A stretch of DNA of 64,000 nt from Lama glama (Eukaryota): the NCBI GenBank assembly GCA_028534125.1, contig CM052818.1, positions 3,598,001 to 3,662,000 of the forward strand, read 5' to 3'. Below are positions 1 to 13,150 of this stretch, one piece after another (the stretch's first letter is position 1; each line of letters starts with the position of its first letter). The position numbers were made by a program, and so were the translations under genes. The notes under the pieces were generated by a model. It searched no databases. It saw only the letters and a program-made list of their open reading frames with translations, and was not told where the DNA came from.

Positions 1-2027
1 GTTAAGTTTAGAGATGAGGAAACAGAGACAGAATTGTTAAGTCAGTTGCCCAAGGCAGTCAGTCAATCCGTGGTTAGTACAAAGACCCAGAACTCCAGCA
101 TCCACATTCTTCCTACCCTGCATGTTAAGAGGTTTGCCCAAGATCACACGGATAGGACAACTCAGAGCCAGATCTCCTGGCTTCGGGGTTTGTATTTTCT
201 TGCAAAATTTGAGGTCCCTTCGAAGTAACATTTTGTGCACTCTTCAGTTTATAAAATGGTTTCACAGTCATTGACACGTTGGATGTTCACACCCACCTCA
301 TAGTGTGGGTATTATTGTCTCCATTTTACACGTAGGGGAGCCAAGGCTAAAGAGGTTCAATGACTTGCCTGTTATCACAGTTAGTGGGGAGCTAGAGTTC
401 AAATACAGTTTTCTTTGACTCCAAATCCTGTTGTTTCTATAAATGTTGCCCTTAGGAGACCAACGTGGAAGTTCTTGGCATTTGGTTTTCTGCAGAAGTC
501 TGTTTACCTCCCCGACTCTTAGCTTGATCTTTCTTACCCCTTTCTCCTCTTTATCAGCATCCATCCTGTTTTCCTTTCCACCTCCCTTGCCCAGGTCACA
601 AGCTCCCCAAATGTGACAGCTTTTATATTACCAGTTCTCTACCCAGCGCAAGAGCAGGATGCCGTGAAGTGCCTCAGGGTCCAGGACGGGCACACCTTGG
701 AGGCACGTCGTGTGGAGGGATGTGGGGCTGGCCGCTTTGCTCCCCAAGTGGTCTCTTACAGAGGCTGTGCCAGGCATATTCTGAAAATACTCATTAAGCT
801 TGTTTATTTGGGGCTTCACCTCGCCTATTACTCCCTAACGTGTATTTTCAAAGGACAACCACTCTGCTCTGAGTGAGGGTGTGGCCAGCTGCCTGCGCGG
901 CTCTAAATCAAGGGAACCTACCACCTGGGCTTTGGCCCCATCACAAGGAGCAAGTGAGCTACACCCTGTTTGATTTGGGTTAGATTTGGCCATGAGTACC
1001 AGAAAGTGCAAATGACAGTGGCTTATATAAGATAGATTTTTTTTTTTTTTGCCCTTTCAAGTAAATGACATCTCGGGGCAAGCAGTCCAGGGCTGGTATG
1101 GCACTTCTGTTCCACAAAGCCCTGAGGTACCCAGGCTTCTTTAAGCTCATCACTCTACCATCCCTATGGTTGTGGCCACGTCCTCATGGACCAGTATGGC
1201 AACATCCCTCTTCAAGGAACAGCCGAAGAAGAATAGAGACAAAGAGCATGCACAGAGTTTCTTAAGATTTCTAGAAACCGCCACACAGCAATCTGTTTAT
1301 ATCCCACGTGAGGTCAGAACTCACACGCATGGCCACACCTGATTACGAGTGAGACTGGGCAATGTGATTTTTATTCTGAGTGACCCTGTGCCCGGCTGAA
1401 AGTTATATGAGTACCATGGAGAAAAGTGAATGTGTGTATTGGGGGAAATGAGGAAATGGAGTTCCTGTCACACTTCCCAAATCTCTTATCTTGAATTATT
1501 TACTTATTCCTGCTAGTTGCCTTATTGGATTAACTCATTTGTATGCTTTTTATTAGAGAGAGAACATGTTGACAGCTAGTTCTAATCAAGTTTGAGTCCC
1601 TCTGCATCTGAAAACCACCTGCTTCAAACCCCTCTTTGCATCATCACCCAAAGTGTATTCTGGGAAATCCTATGAAGTTTTAGGCAAAAGAGTCCCAAGA
1701 TCAAAAAAAGTCTGACAAACATCGCATTCTGTATAACGTTCTCTTGCGGGTTGCCATGCACAGTCACGCGTGAAGTTTCGCTAGAAAGAAATCTGCTCAA
1801 TGTATTTTGATCACTATGTTAAAACTTATTTGCCCACCTTTTAAAATAACATCTAGTAACACATAATATCCTGTGGAATACGCTTTGGGAAATGTTGATG
1901 AAGTGGGCCTGGAAGGTTTGAATGAATGTGAAGGTGAAAGTTTGTCCATCACGTACTCTTGTCTTCCCTTCTCCATTTTCTCACACTTGAACAGGAATCT
2001 GTTTTTCTTTTCCTTTTCTTTTTCTAG

Positions 2028-2182
2028 GCTGACAGATCCCATTCCCACGACAGAGACTTCAATTGCACCCCGCCAGAGGCCGAAAGCTGGGCAGACTCAG
2101 CCCAACCCAGGAATCCTCCCCATCCAGCCAGCCCTGACACCTCGAAAGAGGGCCACAGTTCAGCCCCCACCGCAGGCTGCAG
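2028..2182 (+). CDS. AAK1: AAK1 internal coding exon (probably exon 11), [22 protein letters not shown]...PPPQAA
   Basis: Polypyrimidine tract plus TAG acceptor (AG 2026-2027); donor G|gtcagt at 2182/2183; 155 nt; peptide recognised as the post-kinase segment of AAK1. Confidence 0.96.
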
Positions 2183-2529
2183 GTCAGTAATGAGTTTGGT
2201 GTGAAACTTGGTACACCTCCTGGATGATAGAGAAGTCCTGGATGATAGGAAAGCTGGTTTGCCTTGGAATGGAATCTAGAGCACATAAGCAATAATGGTT
2301 TTCCTTGAGGAACAAGAAGTGAGCTGCCAGTGAAATTGTACAGGAAGTGACTGGCAGAAGGGAGGGCCTCCCACTGGGCTCTGCGCTGGAGCTCAGAGGC
2401 CACTGAAGCCTGACGTCTCTATTCTTTCTAGTCTTGGCCCTGATTTTATGACTTTGTCTATTCATTCCATACCTACACCTTTATTTCATTTGCCTTTAAA
2501 AAAAAGACTTTTTTTGATACAGAGGAATT

Positions 2530-2687
2530 ATTTTTTTTTTAGTTTTCTTTTGTGGGGAAGGTAATTAGGTTTATTTTTATTTAATTATTATTATTAATAT
2601 TTTTAAATGGAGGTACTGGGGATTGAACCCAGGACCTCACGCATGCTAAGCATGCGCTCTACCACTTGAGATAAACCCTCCCCACCA
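2530..2687 (-). mobile_element. tRNA-derived SINE (Vic-1-like)
   Basis: A box (TAGCTCAAGTGG-like) and B box (GGTTCAATCC) on the minus strand, AAAT-rich tail; TSD AGAGGAATT at 2521-2529 and 2688-2696. Confidence 0.88.
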
Positions 2688-3305
2688 AGAGGAATTCTTT
2701 CTTTAATGCTCTGTCCCTTGAAGTATCTGTCATCTCTCCGTGTTTTGACATTCTGTTTCTAATGAGTTGACTGAGTTTACTTTCATAAAGAGAGTTGATC
2801 GAAATTATCAAGTAACTGAATACAGCCATCGGTCCCCTCACCAAGAAGCTGCTGTTGGTGAATTTGGTGGCCGTTTACTTACAGTCAGGCATCCAGACCG
2901 GGGTTGTGTAACATGCATGTAAAACATCAGAGTGCTTTTGTCCGCAGCATGCCAACAGTGCAGAGCCTGTGTTTATGTTCAGTAGCATCAAAGGCCAGTT
3001 GAGTAGATCGATTCTCGGCCTGTGGAGTAAAAGAATAATGGACTAAATGGGATGGTGAATAAGGGAAGACTTCCTGCGGGAAACAAGTACTGAGCCCTGT
3101 TACTAAACTGTGTTTTGAAAAATATGAAGCACGTAGTTTGGCAAGAAGAAGGAAGGACCTTTCAGGTGCAAGGACAGCGAGGAGCACGTGGATCTTGGGG
3201 TTATCTGGGCCCTTATCGCCTCCTCTTTCTTGCTCTGGCAAGAAGGAAGGCCAGTTTTGTTTGGAAGAGTTTTGAGCCCTCATATGGAGTTTATTCTGTT
3301 TGCAG

Positions 3306-3502
3306 GATCCAGCAATCAGCCGGGCCTTTTAGCCAGTGTTCCTCAACCCAAAGCCCAGCCCCCGCCCAGCCAACCCCTCCCGCCGTCCCAGCCCAAGCAG
3401 CCCCAGGCGCCGGCCGCCCCGCAGCAGACGCCTTCCGCTCCGGCCCAGGGTCTGCCCGCGCAGGCCCAGGCCACACCCCAGCACCAGCAGCAGCTCTTCC
3501 TC

Positions 3503-3537
<35 letters not shown>

Positions 3538-3628
3538 ACAGCCGCAGCAGCAGCAGCCACAGGCACCGCCACCTGCCCAGCAGCCGGCGGGTGCATTTTA
3601 CCAGCAGCAGCAGCCCCAGGCTCAGCAG
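3306..3628 (+). CDS. AAK1: AAK1 coding exon (probably exon 12), first QPA/polyQ-rich exon
   Basis: cag|GATCC acceptor and CAG|gtaagt donor; 323 nt, phase 1 to 0, in frame with neighbours; [16 protein letters not shown]...[10 protein letters not shown]. Confidence 0.96.
3506..3535 (+). repeat. AAK1: Pure (CAG)10 coding repeat (polyQ)
   Basis: Ten uninterrupted CAG codons in exon 12. Confidence 0.97.
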
Positions 3629-4324
3629 GTAAGTCAGGTGGACAAGATCTGACATTGCTTCGTGTGTGCCCAGGCCCGCCAGGTACAGGTGTCTTCCTTG
3701 GGAAGCCCTGGGAGGGCAGAGAGCCCTTACCCGTCACATCGCTGTTCCTCACAGATGTAGCCACTGATGCGTGGCGCGGTCGGGCCATCCCTGCATCACT
3801 CACACCCCTCCCACCCTCCTCCCAGGCCCCGGGGAGTTCTTCACCCGACTGAGGAGCCTCGGCAAGGGAGCTATTTTCCAAGGACTCTTTATTGGTTCTT
3901 TTTTTCCCTAACATAACACCACTATCAAACTGAAACAAAATAAGTATTTCTTATTATCACCAAATATCTAGTGTTTAACTCTTTGTAATATGTCATAATT
4001 TAAATTGATTTGTATATCTTTTCACATTCTTTACTATGAATGTATTCATTTTATAATGATTGATGTATCTTTTAAGTCCCTCTTTTATCCATAAGTGCCT
4101 TTCTCCTCTCCCTCCCTACCTTTGCTACTCTTTTTTTTTGAAACTGGGTCATTGGTCCTGTAGAATTTTCCACGTTCTGGATTTAGTTGATTGCATCCCT
4201 GTGGTGGTGTTTAACATGTTCCACCATCCCCTGTGTAAACTGGTAATTTCTTGGGGCCTCTCAATATTCGATGCAGTTTGATAGTTCTTTGTTCTTCTGG
4301 TTGTATCATATCAGGAGACACAGA

Positions 4325-4775
4325 CAGTGGTCTCTCCTTATCTGTGGGGGAGGTGTTCCAAGACCCCAGGTGGATGCCTAAAACCATAGCTAGTACAAGA
4401 CTCTATATATACCATGCTCTTTCCTATATATACATGCTTGTGATAAAGTTTAATTTATAAATGAGGCATGGTAAGAGATTAACAACAATAACTAATAATA
4501 AAATATAACAATTATAGCAATGTGCTGAAATGAAAATTATGTGAATGTAGTCTCTCTGTCTCTCAAAATATTCTTGGGATGATGTGAGATGATAAAATGC
4601 CTACTTGATGGGATGAAGTGAGGTGAATTGTGACATAGCATGAGGCTACCGTTGACCCTCTAACCACATGTCAGAAGGAAGATCATCTGCTTTGGGTGAT
4701 CCTGGATCATGGAGCCGTGACAGTGTCGATGGTTGCATGTCAGGAGCAGACGACGTCAATGGTTAAGGATCCCAG
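4325..4775. mobile_element. Tigger7/MER44-like DNA transposon remnant within older L1M-type sequence
   Basis: CAGTGGTCTCTCCTTATCTGTGGGG...GTTCCAAGACCCCAGGTGGATGCCTAAAACC resembles the recalled MER44 terminus; right boundary approximate. Confidence 0.6.
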
Positions 4776-5740
4776 GCAACTCCAGAGAGCTGCTTCCCTT
4801 GAAGGGAAATGGAGTTTAGAGACTACAGTCTCAGTGCTAGGAATACTCATTTAGTAGTGAGTTGGTTATTGTTTTTAGACCTTTTCAGTGAACAGTTACA
4901 ACATGTTTTGTTTTGCTAATAGAATATACACAGTGAATTCAAATTTATTCTAAAGCAGATTTGTAATTACGGGATTTTTTTGTTTAACGTCTTGGACTTT
5001 ATATTCATATTTTTCTCATCTGGAAATCTTGATTCCTAACAACGTTAGCATAATTTCTTAATTGATTTATAGTTTCAAGGTAACAATACTAATGTAATTA
5101 CTGAAAATGGTGTAAGATTTCTTTGCCTTTTTTACACTTCGAATATTTAGTACATTTTTGGGGAGTTTGGCTCTCGATTTGATATAGAGGTTTTGCTTTT
5201 GCCTTTTAGTTACTGCTTTTTAAATTTTGGTTGAATTATGTTCCGTGTGAATGTAAAATATTTACATAGATTCAAAGTTAGATCTGCACAATTCTATCCC
5301 CTCCATCCCATATATAGCAGAGGTAGCCCTCATTTCTAGTTACCACCTGAGAGTGTTCCCTTTTAAGGGTATATGGCATAGTTTATCCAATCAGTCCCCT
5401 GTTAATAGACACCTGGTTCTTTCTCTGTTATGAGTTAGCAACTATTTATTGATGTCTGATTTTTTGCTAACCCTTTAACTTTGCCTCAGTAGGCAAATTA
5501 TATCCTCTCGGTTAGCTTTATAACTGAGTAAAAATATTTGGAATGTTCAAAGACATGAACTTGACTTTTGCTTATCAGTAGGCCCTTTCTTGAGCTCCGC
5601 TTGTGTGCCTGACACATTATTCTTAGAGTAGTAGGGAGAAAAGCAGAATTCCTGCCCTTAGGAAGTTTACAAAAGAATATAACTTCAAACAATGTTACCA
5701 ATATAAAATATCATTAAGTGGTAGAGTATACTGAATATTT

Positions 5741-5799
5741 TTTTTTACATTTTTATTGATTCATAATCATTTTACACTGTTGTGTCAAATTCCAGTGTC
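5741..5799 (-). mobile_element. Extremely 5'-truncated young L1 3' end
   Basis: L1-like 3' terminus with AATAAA and A tail on the minus strand; TSD ATACTGAATATTT at 5728-5740 and 5800-5812. Confidence 0.75.
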
Positions 5800-6363
5800 A
5801 TACTGAATATTTTGAATGTTTAAAGATGGGAGTTTAATAAAGAGAGCTACTGGGAAATAATTTTCAGAAAGGCTTGAGATGACTTAATAGCTGGGTTAAC
5901 ATTTAGGTTATTTGTTTCAATGTCATCATTGCTTCATCCTGTTCATGTAGGGAAGAATTTTAATCCTGGCTGTTTCCAAATCCCTTTATAAGAGGGATAA
6001 CTTCTGTGACTGGGAGATCATTTATTACCTTCTGTTACACTCCAGCTAGTGGAGTTGCCGGACTTACAGTCGGGTGGATGCTCTCAGGCCAGGTGCAGAA
6101 ACCGCTTGGAAGCCAGTGTGCAGTGCAAGGGGCGGGTAGCGCAGTGGATGGTGCCTGGCAGTGTGAGGTGCTGCTTTGTTTACCGTAACACCCTGAGGTT
6201 CCCCTCCAGAGTTTTCAGGCCAAGCTCAAAGACTCCTCCCTGCCCTCGCCTTTGGCTTCAGCACTGGTCTTAGCTGTTACTGAGACATTCATACTTTGTG
6301 GAATACGGTTCTGAGACAGGCTGCTGTTCACGTCCTCTTTTCTTGCCACTTTCTCCTGCTCAG

Positions 6364-6588
6364 TTTCAGGCAGTACACCCAGCCGCCCAACAACCAGCGA
6401 TCACCCAGTTCCCTGTGGTGTCCCAGGGAAGCTCTCAGCAGCAGCTGATCCAGAACTTCTACCAGCAGCAGCAGCAGCTGCTGACTCAGCAGGCTGCCTT
6501 GCAGCAGAAGACCGCGGCGGCAGCCGCACCGCAGCCCCAGGCACAGCCGGCCGCAGCCTCCCAGCCACCCCCTGCCCAGGAGCCAGTG
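6364..6588 (+). CDS. AAK1: AAK1 coding exon (probably exon 13), second Q/P/A-rich exon
   Basis: cag|TTT acceptor and GTG|gtgaga donor; 225 nt, phase 0 to 0; [11 protein letters not shown]...PPPAQEPV. Confidence 0.94.
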
Positions 6589-9500
6589 GTGAGAATCAGC
6601 CAGAGTGGGAGCATGCAGTGAGGGCTAGGGAGACGGTGGGAAAGGAGCGGCGGCAGCCGCTGTGGGGCCCTCTGGACTAAGGCGAGGCTGCTTCCCCACC
6701 CTTGTGGTTAAAAATAGTTGCTCGTTTCTCCATATAGCCAGGAAAAGGATGAGCTATTCTTTGGAGGGTAAAGGTTTTAGGAAAATGATCCGAGGCTGCT
6801 GATGAAGATGAACTTTGTTACTTCTCACTTTAATATTAGACTGGCAGCAAGAGCTGTTCGTTGTCTTTGTCCGGGCCAGTGTTGGACAGTCAAGGACCTA
6901 GGCAGAATCAGAGCCAACCCCTTTCCCTTCTTCAAGGGGGCAGTTTAACCACCATGGCCTTTCCCATCTTGGGAGGTTCATGTAGGCCCCCACCTTCACC
7001 CTGAGTCCTGGCAGTGTTGTGTTTATTCTTTGTCGTGAATGACATTACTGGCCACTTCATTTGAATCTACTGTGCCGCACCCTTCAGGGACCTACTTGCT
7101 GAGACCGTTTGCGGGGGCCTAATTCCCCTCTGGGCACCAGAGCCTCTGACTGTTGTTTGAGCCATCTTGTCAGTTTAGGAACTGGGCATGTTCACATCTG
7201 GATATTGGCTGAGTATAGAATCATCCTCTTCTAATTGACCTCTGTGGTTACATCCTCAGGCATGTGGTGCTTTGGCCTTTAATGACTGCCCTTAATTCTG
7301 TACTCACATTTTTCTGAGCAACAGTGGTAGAAAATTTTTGAGTGATAGAAAAAGGCATTTTACATACCCAGCTGATGGAGTATCATAGCTAAGCTCTTAT
7401 TCCCAGGGAAGTCCAACTGCTAGAGGAACGAAGGAAAATAAGAGACCATCTTTCTGAAGATTGATTTCTGATAGAGTTTTGTTGCTCATCTTAAACCAGA
7501 AAACCTACATCCCTTCAGAAGGAAGCAGTGCTGTAAATAGATTGTCTTCTTTAAGTCTCAACTAAGTGTGTATTCAGTGTCTTTGCACCTTCGTTTCTGA
7601 AACAGCTCAGTCTTCCTGCAGGTGTGTGGCAGACAGCTACTCTATATTTTTAACAAGAGATGAAGTTCCTCTTGTTAATGGAAAATGAGTTTTTAAAAGA
7701 TTATTGTGTCAGATAGCTAGTTGAGATCTTAACTATCAAGTCCAGTCTTCATTTAATAGAATTGGAACCTGAGGCCTAGGCTAGAAAGAAATTACCCAAG
7801 ACACACAGACTGGTGGCTGCAGAGCTGGGACAAGAACCAGAGAATCCTGATCTTTTTTCAAGGATAATAACAAATGCTCATCCAGGGTGATAGCATGATC
7901 AACTCCACTGACTATACACTTTTTATGGGGTCCCCCTCTGGTATCCCTGACAAGAGTATCTGCTTTCTTGGGAATGAACTATGAACCTTCTCCTTCCTTG
8001 GATGAAAAAAATACTTTGAACACTTTGTTCAGGGGTAGTTGGTTGAGGGTATAAAGAGGGAACAAGAGCAGAATGTGCTTCAGCAAGGAACCAGAGCTTT
8101 CCAGCTTTAACCCATCCCTTTCTCTGATGACCCTTTGTAGGACTTACCTAGAGAAGCAATATATAAGTAAGTATATATATAAGTAAATATAAAGTATACC
8201 CTGCAGCCATTTCTCAGCAAGAATCTGCAAGGGGATGGTGGCCATAGCCCACAGATGTTTATTGCAGTCTTAATAATAGCCAAAATCATGGAAGCCACCT
8301 AACTCGTTCCAACAACCCAACTGTGCAGCCATTAAAAATCATGGTTATAAAGTCTGTATAACTGTTTGGAAACGCTCATGAGGTAATGCAAAAGGAAATA
8401 TGAAATTATGGGAAAGGTATGTACTTGAAATAGACTTATATATAAGATACCAAAAGATAAGAACATATTAGAGTAGTGGAATGGAAGTCTGGGTGGTTTT
8501 GCCTCCTTGTCTATATTTCTTGATGGGGTGGTACTCCTTTTATCGTTAAATATGTTATTTTTTTTTTAAAAAATCTTTAGCAAAACAGACATCAGAGTCT
8601 ACCTTGCTTCTCCTTCCCCTGGTCTGTTTCTCCCTCCTCCCCCATCCCAATCCCATTTTTGGATGAGGAAGCATCATGGTGCAGGAAGGAGAGTTCTGAG
8701 CAGTAGTTAAGAAACACAGATTCTGTCCTCAATTGATCCTGTGACCTTGGAGCAAGCACTTAGCCTCGGGAGGCCTTGGTCTGGTCTCCACTGAAACAAG
8801 AGAGTTGGAATCCACGTTTGCTTTTAACTCATCATTTTGAGAATCTGATGGAAGAGAAAGCTGCCTGCCTGACAGGGTTGTTGTGGGGAGTGGCTGAATG
8901 GGTGGCAGCCGGTTTGAATTGGTAGCTGTGATAGAATATGGTGTCCTCATGACAGAAGCATCTATTCTTCAGTGTGCTGTGTGCAGAGAATAGGCAAGAG
9001 GAGTGGAAAATGTTCTCCAAGTAGTCTAGAGTCTTCAAATTAAAGGGACTCAAAAGTTAAGTACCCTTTTCAGAGTAATGAATGTCTTAAACTCTAAGAA
9101 ATAAGCAAATCTAGTTCTATACTTAAAGCCCTTCTGGGCCCTGTGGGTACTGGCTTTAGGTTGGTTGTTGCAGGTGCAATTCTGGACCCCAGAGGAAGTT
9201 GTGGCGGTGGGGCTCTGATCTTCTTCACAGAACACTCTGCTTCTCGCTCAGAGATGCAGTCAGCTACTCTGCCCTCTAACCTTAATTTGATCGCTATTAG
9301 AACCTTCTGTTGTATCATTCATTTGATTGATGAGTGGTTGTGTATTCACATATGCACATAGCCTGCCTCAGTAAAACTCAAAGTCTAAGTCAGTATAAGG
9401 ACAGAAACTCCCAGGCTGTCAGCATCCTGACCTAAGTAGTGGACCACTCTAGTTTCCTGACTCTCTCCCAGGGCCTACCTTTGAAGACACAGAATGTGAG

Positions 9501-10551
9501 AACCAAGCTACATCATGGAAGTGCAGCTCCAATCTGAATGAGGGACTGGAGGGAAAGGATAATTCAATACCGGTGGCATTTAATATTCTAAGTCCCCTTT
9601 TCTCTGGATTGAGTTAATTAAGAAAAGGGTTAAGTGGCCTTCTTAACATTGTTTTTTCTTCGTCTTCTTGATATAGCACTTGTACTTCAGGACTTATGCG
9701 TAAAGACTCACCAGGTGGCCACAAGGATATTCCCTCCCGTTTGTTTTTCTGTGGCGACAGTGTGTCCTGCTTTCTGAAAAAAAGCCCACATCTTAAGAGT
9801 CCTTGAAATTATTAGATCAGTCATTATCAAGGGCTTTTAAAATTGTGTCTTCTTACTATATTCTCTACCTGGTTCTTCAGTACCAGTTCTGAAATGAAGA
9901 GCAAAACAGGTTAATCCCACTGCCCTAATGCTGTACATTTTCTCAGGACTTGGCACAGAAATAGAGTCTTATAGACCCATCCTATCAAACAGAGTGTCAA
10001 CAACAGAACAGAACACGCACTGCCATTTATTAATCACAGTGGAATTTGCTCTAACTTATTTCTAACAGTCTGAGCTCTGTCAGAAAGTTAGGGGTCTCTT
10101 AGCAGAAATCATTCAGCTCAGCTGTGTTTTAGCTAAAGGTGTGCCTTCATTGGCTTGTGATGTGGTAGTCGAATGCTTGAAGCCTGCCTTTTGGAAGCAT
10201 TCTGAATGAGTTCCTAAAGCAGAAAGTGGTCCTTTAAGATATTTTCTGTATCTTTAGAGCTAGGCATCACTTCTGCCGTCTTTGGTCTGGGTTGAGTTGC
10301 ATTTGGTTACTCTGTATATTATTGCTGATGAAGATTGAAATATATATCTAAGTACCAGGTAAATACCATGCAGCTATCAGGGTCAACGTTGCAGCTCAGA
10401 TGGTCAAAGCCTAGTTTTTTTCTTACCGGGTGTTATTGATAAACAGAGCCATTTGAGCCGTATGTTAGCCCTCATGTAGCATTTTTTGTTATACTTGTCT
10501 GTTTATTCTTTCCCCTTTTTTTGGGAACATTTTCATCACTCTCCCTGGAAG

Positions 10552-10781
10552 ATTCAAGCCCCAGTAAGACAACAGCCAAAGGTTCAGACAACGCCACCTC
10601 CTGCCATCCAGGGACAGAAACTCGGATCTCTCACTCCTCCATCATCCCCCAAGGCCCAGCGTGCTGGGCACAGGCGGATTCTCAGTGACGTGACCCACAG
10701 TGCGGTCTTTGGAGTTCCTGCCAGCAAATCAACCCAGCTGCTCCAGGCAGCTGCAGCTGAGGCCAGTCTCAATAAGTCCAA
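10552..10781 (+). CDS. AAK1: AAK1 coding exon (probably exon 14), containing LTPPSSP and HRRILSD
   Basis: aag|ATT acceptor and AA|gtatgt donor; 230 nt, phase 0 to 2; [10 protein letters not shown]...ASLNKSK. Confidence 0.96.
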
Positions 10782-11028
10782 GTATGTAGTGCTTCCCCTT
10801 TATCCTCCTGACTGTTGTGGGGAAGGGCTGCCGTGGGCTGTTGCTGTGTGAGTTTTGCATATGTATGTAGATGTGTGTAGGTATGTGCATAGTGGTGTGT
10901 GTCTGTGTTTAATAAGAAACTGCATTTTCCTGGAGTGTATAGGTCAGACTGATCTTAAATAATTTTCTACTTGCCTCACTGTTTCCATTCTCTCATCCAT
11001 TCCATACCCTACAGAGTGTTTTCTGAAT

Positions 11029-11183
11029 TCTTTTTTCCTCTTTTTTTCTAATTTATTTAATTTTTTTGTTGGGGGAGGTAATTAGGTTTATTTATTTATT
11101 TTTAGAGGAGGTACTGGGGATTGAACCCGGGACCTTGTATATGCTAAGCATGCGCTTTACCACTTGAGCTACACCCTCCCCCC
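11029..11183 (-). mobile_element. tRNA-derived SINE (Vic-1-like)
   Basis: Same A/B-box head and AATAAATAAACCTAATTACCTCCCC tail as the other copies. Confidence 0.88.
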
Positions 11184-11189
11184 TACATT

Positions 11190-11392
11190 TTTCAATTTTT
11201 TAAAAAAATTTTGGTTTGAAGTATAGTCAGTTTACAATGTTGGGTCCATTTCTGGCATACAGCATAATGTTTCAGTCGTACATACACATACATATATTCT
11301 TTTTCATTATAGGTTACTACAAGATAGTGAATATAGTTCCCTGTGCTGTACAGTAGGAACTTGTTTATCTTTTTGATATACAGTAGTTCGTA
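11190..11392 (-). mobile_element. L1 3' end fragment
   Basis: GAAGTATAGTCAGTTTACAATGTTG...TATAGTTCCCTGTGCTGTACAGTAG is typical of the artiodactyl L1 3'UTR in antisense. Confidence 0.75.
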
Positions 11393-12382
11393 TTCTAAAT
11401 TTTTGGTCTGATCTGACCACTTCCCTCTGTGTTGAAAACCTTCCATCGGCTCCCCATTGCCTGTGGAATAATATCTGGACTCACTGATGAACAGACCACG
11501 GCCTGTCAGATCGCACTGGTGGAACTGTCACTCTCCTCCTTGTCCACTTAGGAAATGCTTATTTGTTCATCAGGATGCATGTCAGCGGTTATCTTTTCTT
11601 TGAGCTTTCCCCTGTTATCATATGTTATTTTGCCTGAACTTTGTTTTGAGCCAGCATCACACTGTATTATCATTATTTATTGTATGTCTACCTGACCTAG
11701 CCTGCAGGTTTGTCCAAAACAAGCACCATGGCTTAATCAACCTTTGTCAATCCAGTGACAGGCTCTGTGCCTGCCATAAAGTAGATTGCAGTGAGTGTTG
11801 AGTAAGTGTAATTTCAGACCCTCAACTTTCACAGAACCATATACTAAGTGAAAAATCTTTAAGTTATTAGCTAAATGCAAAGAGCATCAAGAGAAACTTT
11901 AGAAGAAATTTAGTTAATGATACCTGGGAGCACGCTATGGTTGTAATTGTGTTTATTTCTCTTTAACTGTGGTGGTGACCACTGGTGGTGGCCCTTCATT
12001 CTGTGCCTGCCAGATCCTGACGGGTGAGAGGCAGCCTGAGTAGGCACCAGCCCCAGCCCCTCTGGGGTCAGTTGCTGTGAATGTTACAGTCACCACAGGA
12101 TATACGAGCCTAAGAACAGATTGCTTCAGGATCCTGAAAGAACTCACAGATGCGACCAAAAATCTAAGCAAGAGAATAAAGAAGTAGTGAGAGACAGTGA
12201 ACCATGAAAGAAAGGGAGACATTTGTTCCATTGCCATGGAAAGAAAGCCCTTCTGGAAAAATACTGTGGAGAATAATGATTTGACTCAGAAAATCATTTC
12301 ATCTTGAAACAAAGAGAAAATAGGTTGGCCCTTTTCAACCTTTGTATGTCTTTTTATTTCGTGGGGGTGGGAACCTCTCTAG

Positions 12383-12540
12383 GTCTGCAACCACCACTCC
12401 TTCCGGCTCCCCTCGGGCCTCCCAGCAAAACGTTTATAATCCTTCAGAAGGTCCCACGTGGAACCCCTTTGACGATGACAATTTCTCCAAACTCACAGCT
12501 GAAGAACTGCTAAACAAGGACTTTGCCAAGCTGGGGGAAG
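12383..12540 (+). CDS. AAK1: AAK1 coding exon (probably exon 15), containing WNPFDDDNF (NPF / WxxF-acidic motif)
   Basis: tag|GTCT acceptor and G|gtgagt donor; 158 nt, phase 2 to 1; [11 protein letters not shown]...DFAKLGE. Confidence 0.96.
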
Positions 12541-13009
12541 GTGAGTGGTGTCTTTTTGTGATTATGGAACCTTGACTCTATGGTGAAAATGCATGTGAAA
12601 ATAGAGGCTTGGGTCTTTCTTTCCTTCAAAGGATTGATTTTGAAGTATGTACACACATCAATTTGTATTTTTACCAGAGCTCTGAAATCTTTGCGTCCTC
12701 AGAAATCCTGGTCTGTTATGGGTGGCAGCAGGAGAGTGGGAAACTTTTAGGGGTGAATCCGTAGCATAGATCGGAATGATGGTGTCAAGCATGTTCACTC
12801 CTTGGAGGTGTGTGACGGTCGCTTGTCCTAAGCGGGTTTGTTGTCTTAGAGAGTCGTAACTGCTCCCTCGTGAGACTGTGCCCTCATGTAGACACTGAAT
12901 CTTTGTGATCAGAATTTTCTATTACTGTTGACTGACCATGGAGAGGAGATCAAATAAATAGAAGGTACCATTTCTGTCGTCAAACCCATAGTCTTAATTT
13001 GGAAGGCAG

Positions 13010-13150
13010 AGAGAGAGGAGGGCATAGCTCAGTGGTAGAGTGCGTGCTTAGCATGCGCAAGGTCCTGGGTTCAATCCCTGGTACCTCCACTAAGAATAAT
13101 AACTAAATAAACCTAATTGCCTCCTCCCCCCAAAATAAAAAATAAGTAAG
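13010..13150 (+). mobile_element. tRNA-derived SINE (Vic-1-like)
   Basis: TAGCTCAGTGGTAGAG...GGTTCAATCCC; TSD TTGGAAGGCAG at 12999-13009 and 13151-13161. Confidence 0.9.

Noticed and set aside
2183..3305. H/ACA snoRNA copy (SNORA36C) recalled in a human AAK1 intron
   Set aside because: Only a short TTCATTTGCCT match near 2485 and no recognisable full snoRNA; an Infernal/Rfam search would be needed
3115..3938. Long overlapping ORFs with poly-A, poly-S and poly-L tracts
   Set aside because: Alternative-frame and antisense readings of the GC-rich CAG-containing AAK1 exon
13015..13090. tRNA-like sequences with A and B boxes (ten copies)
   Set aside because: They have shared A-rich tails, TSDs and scattered substitutions, so they are SINEs rather than tRNA genes
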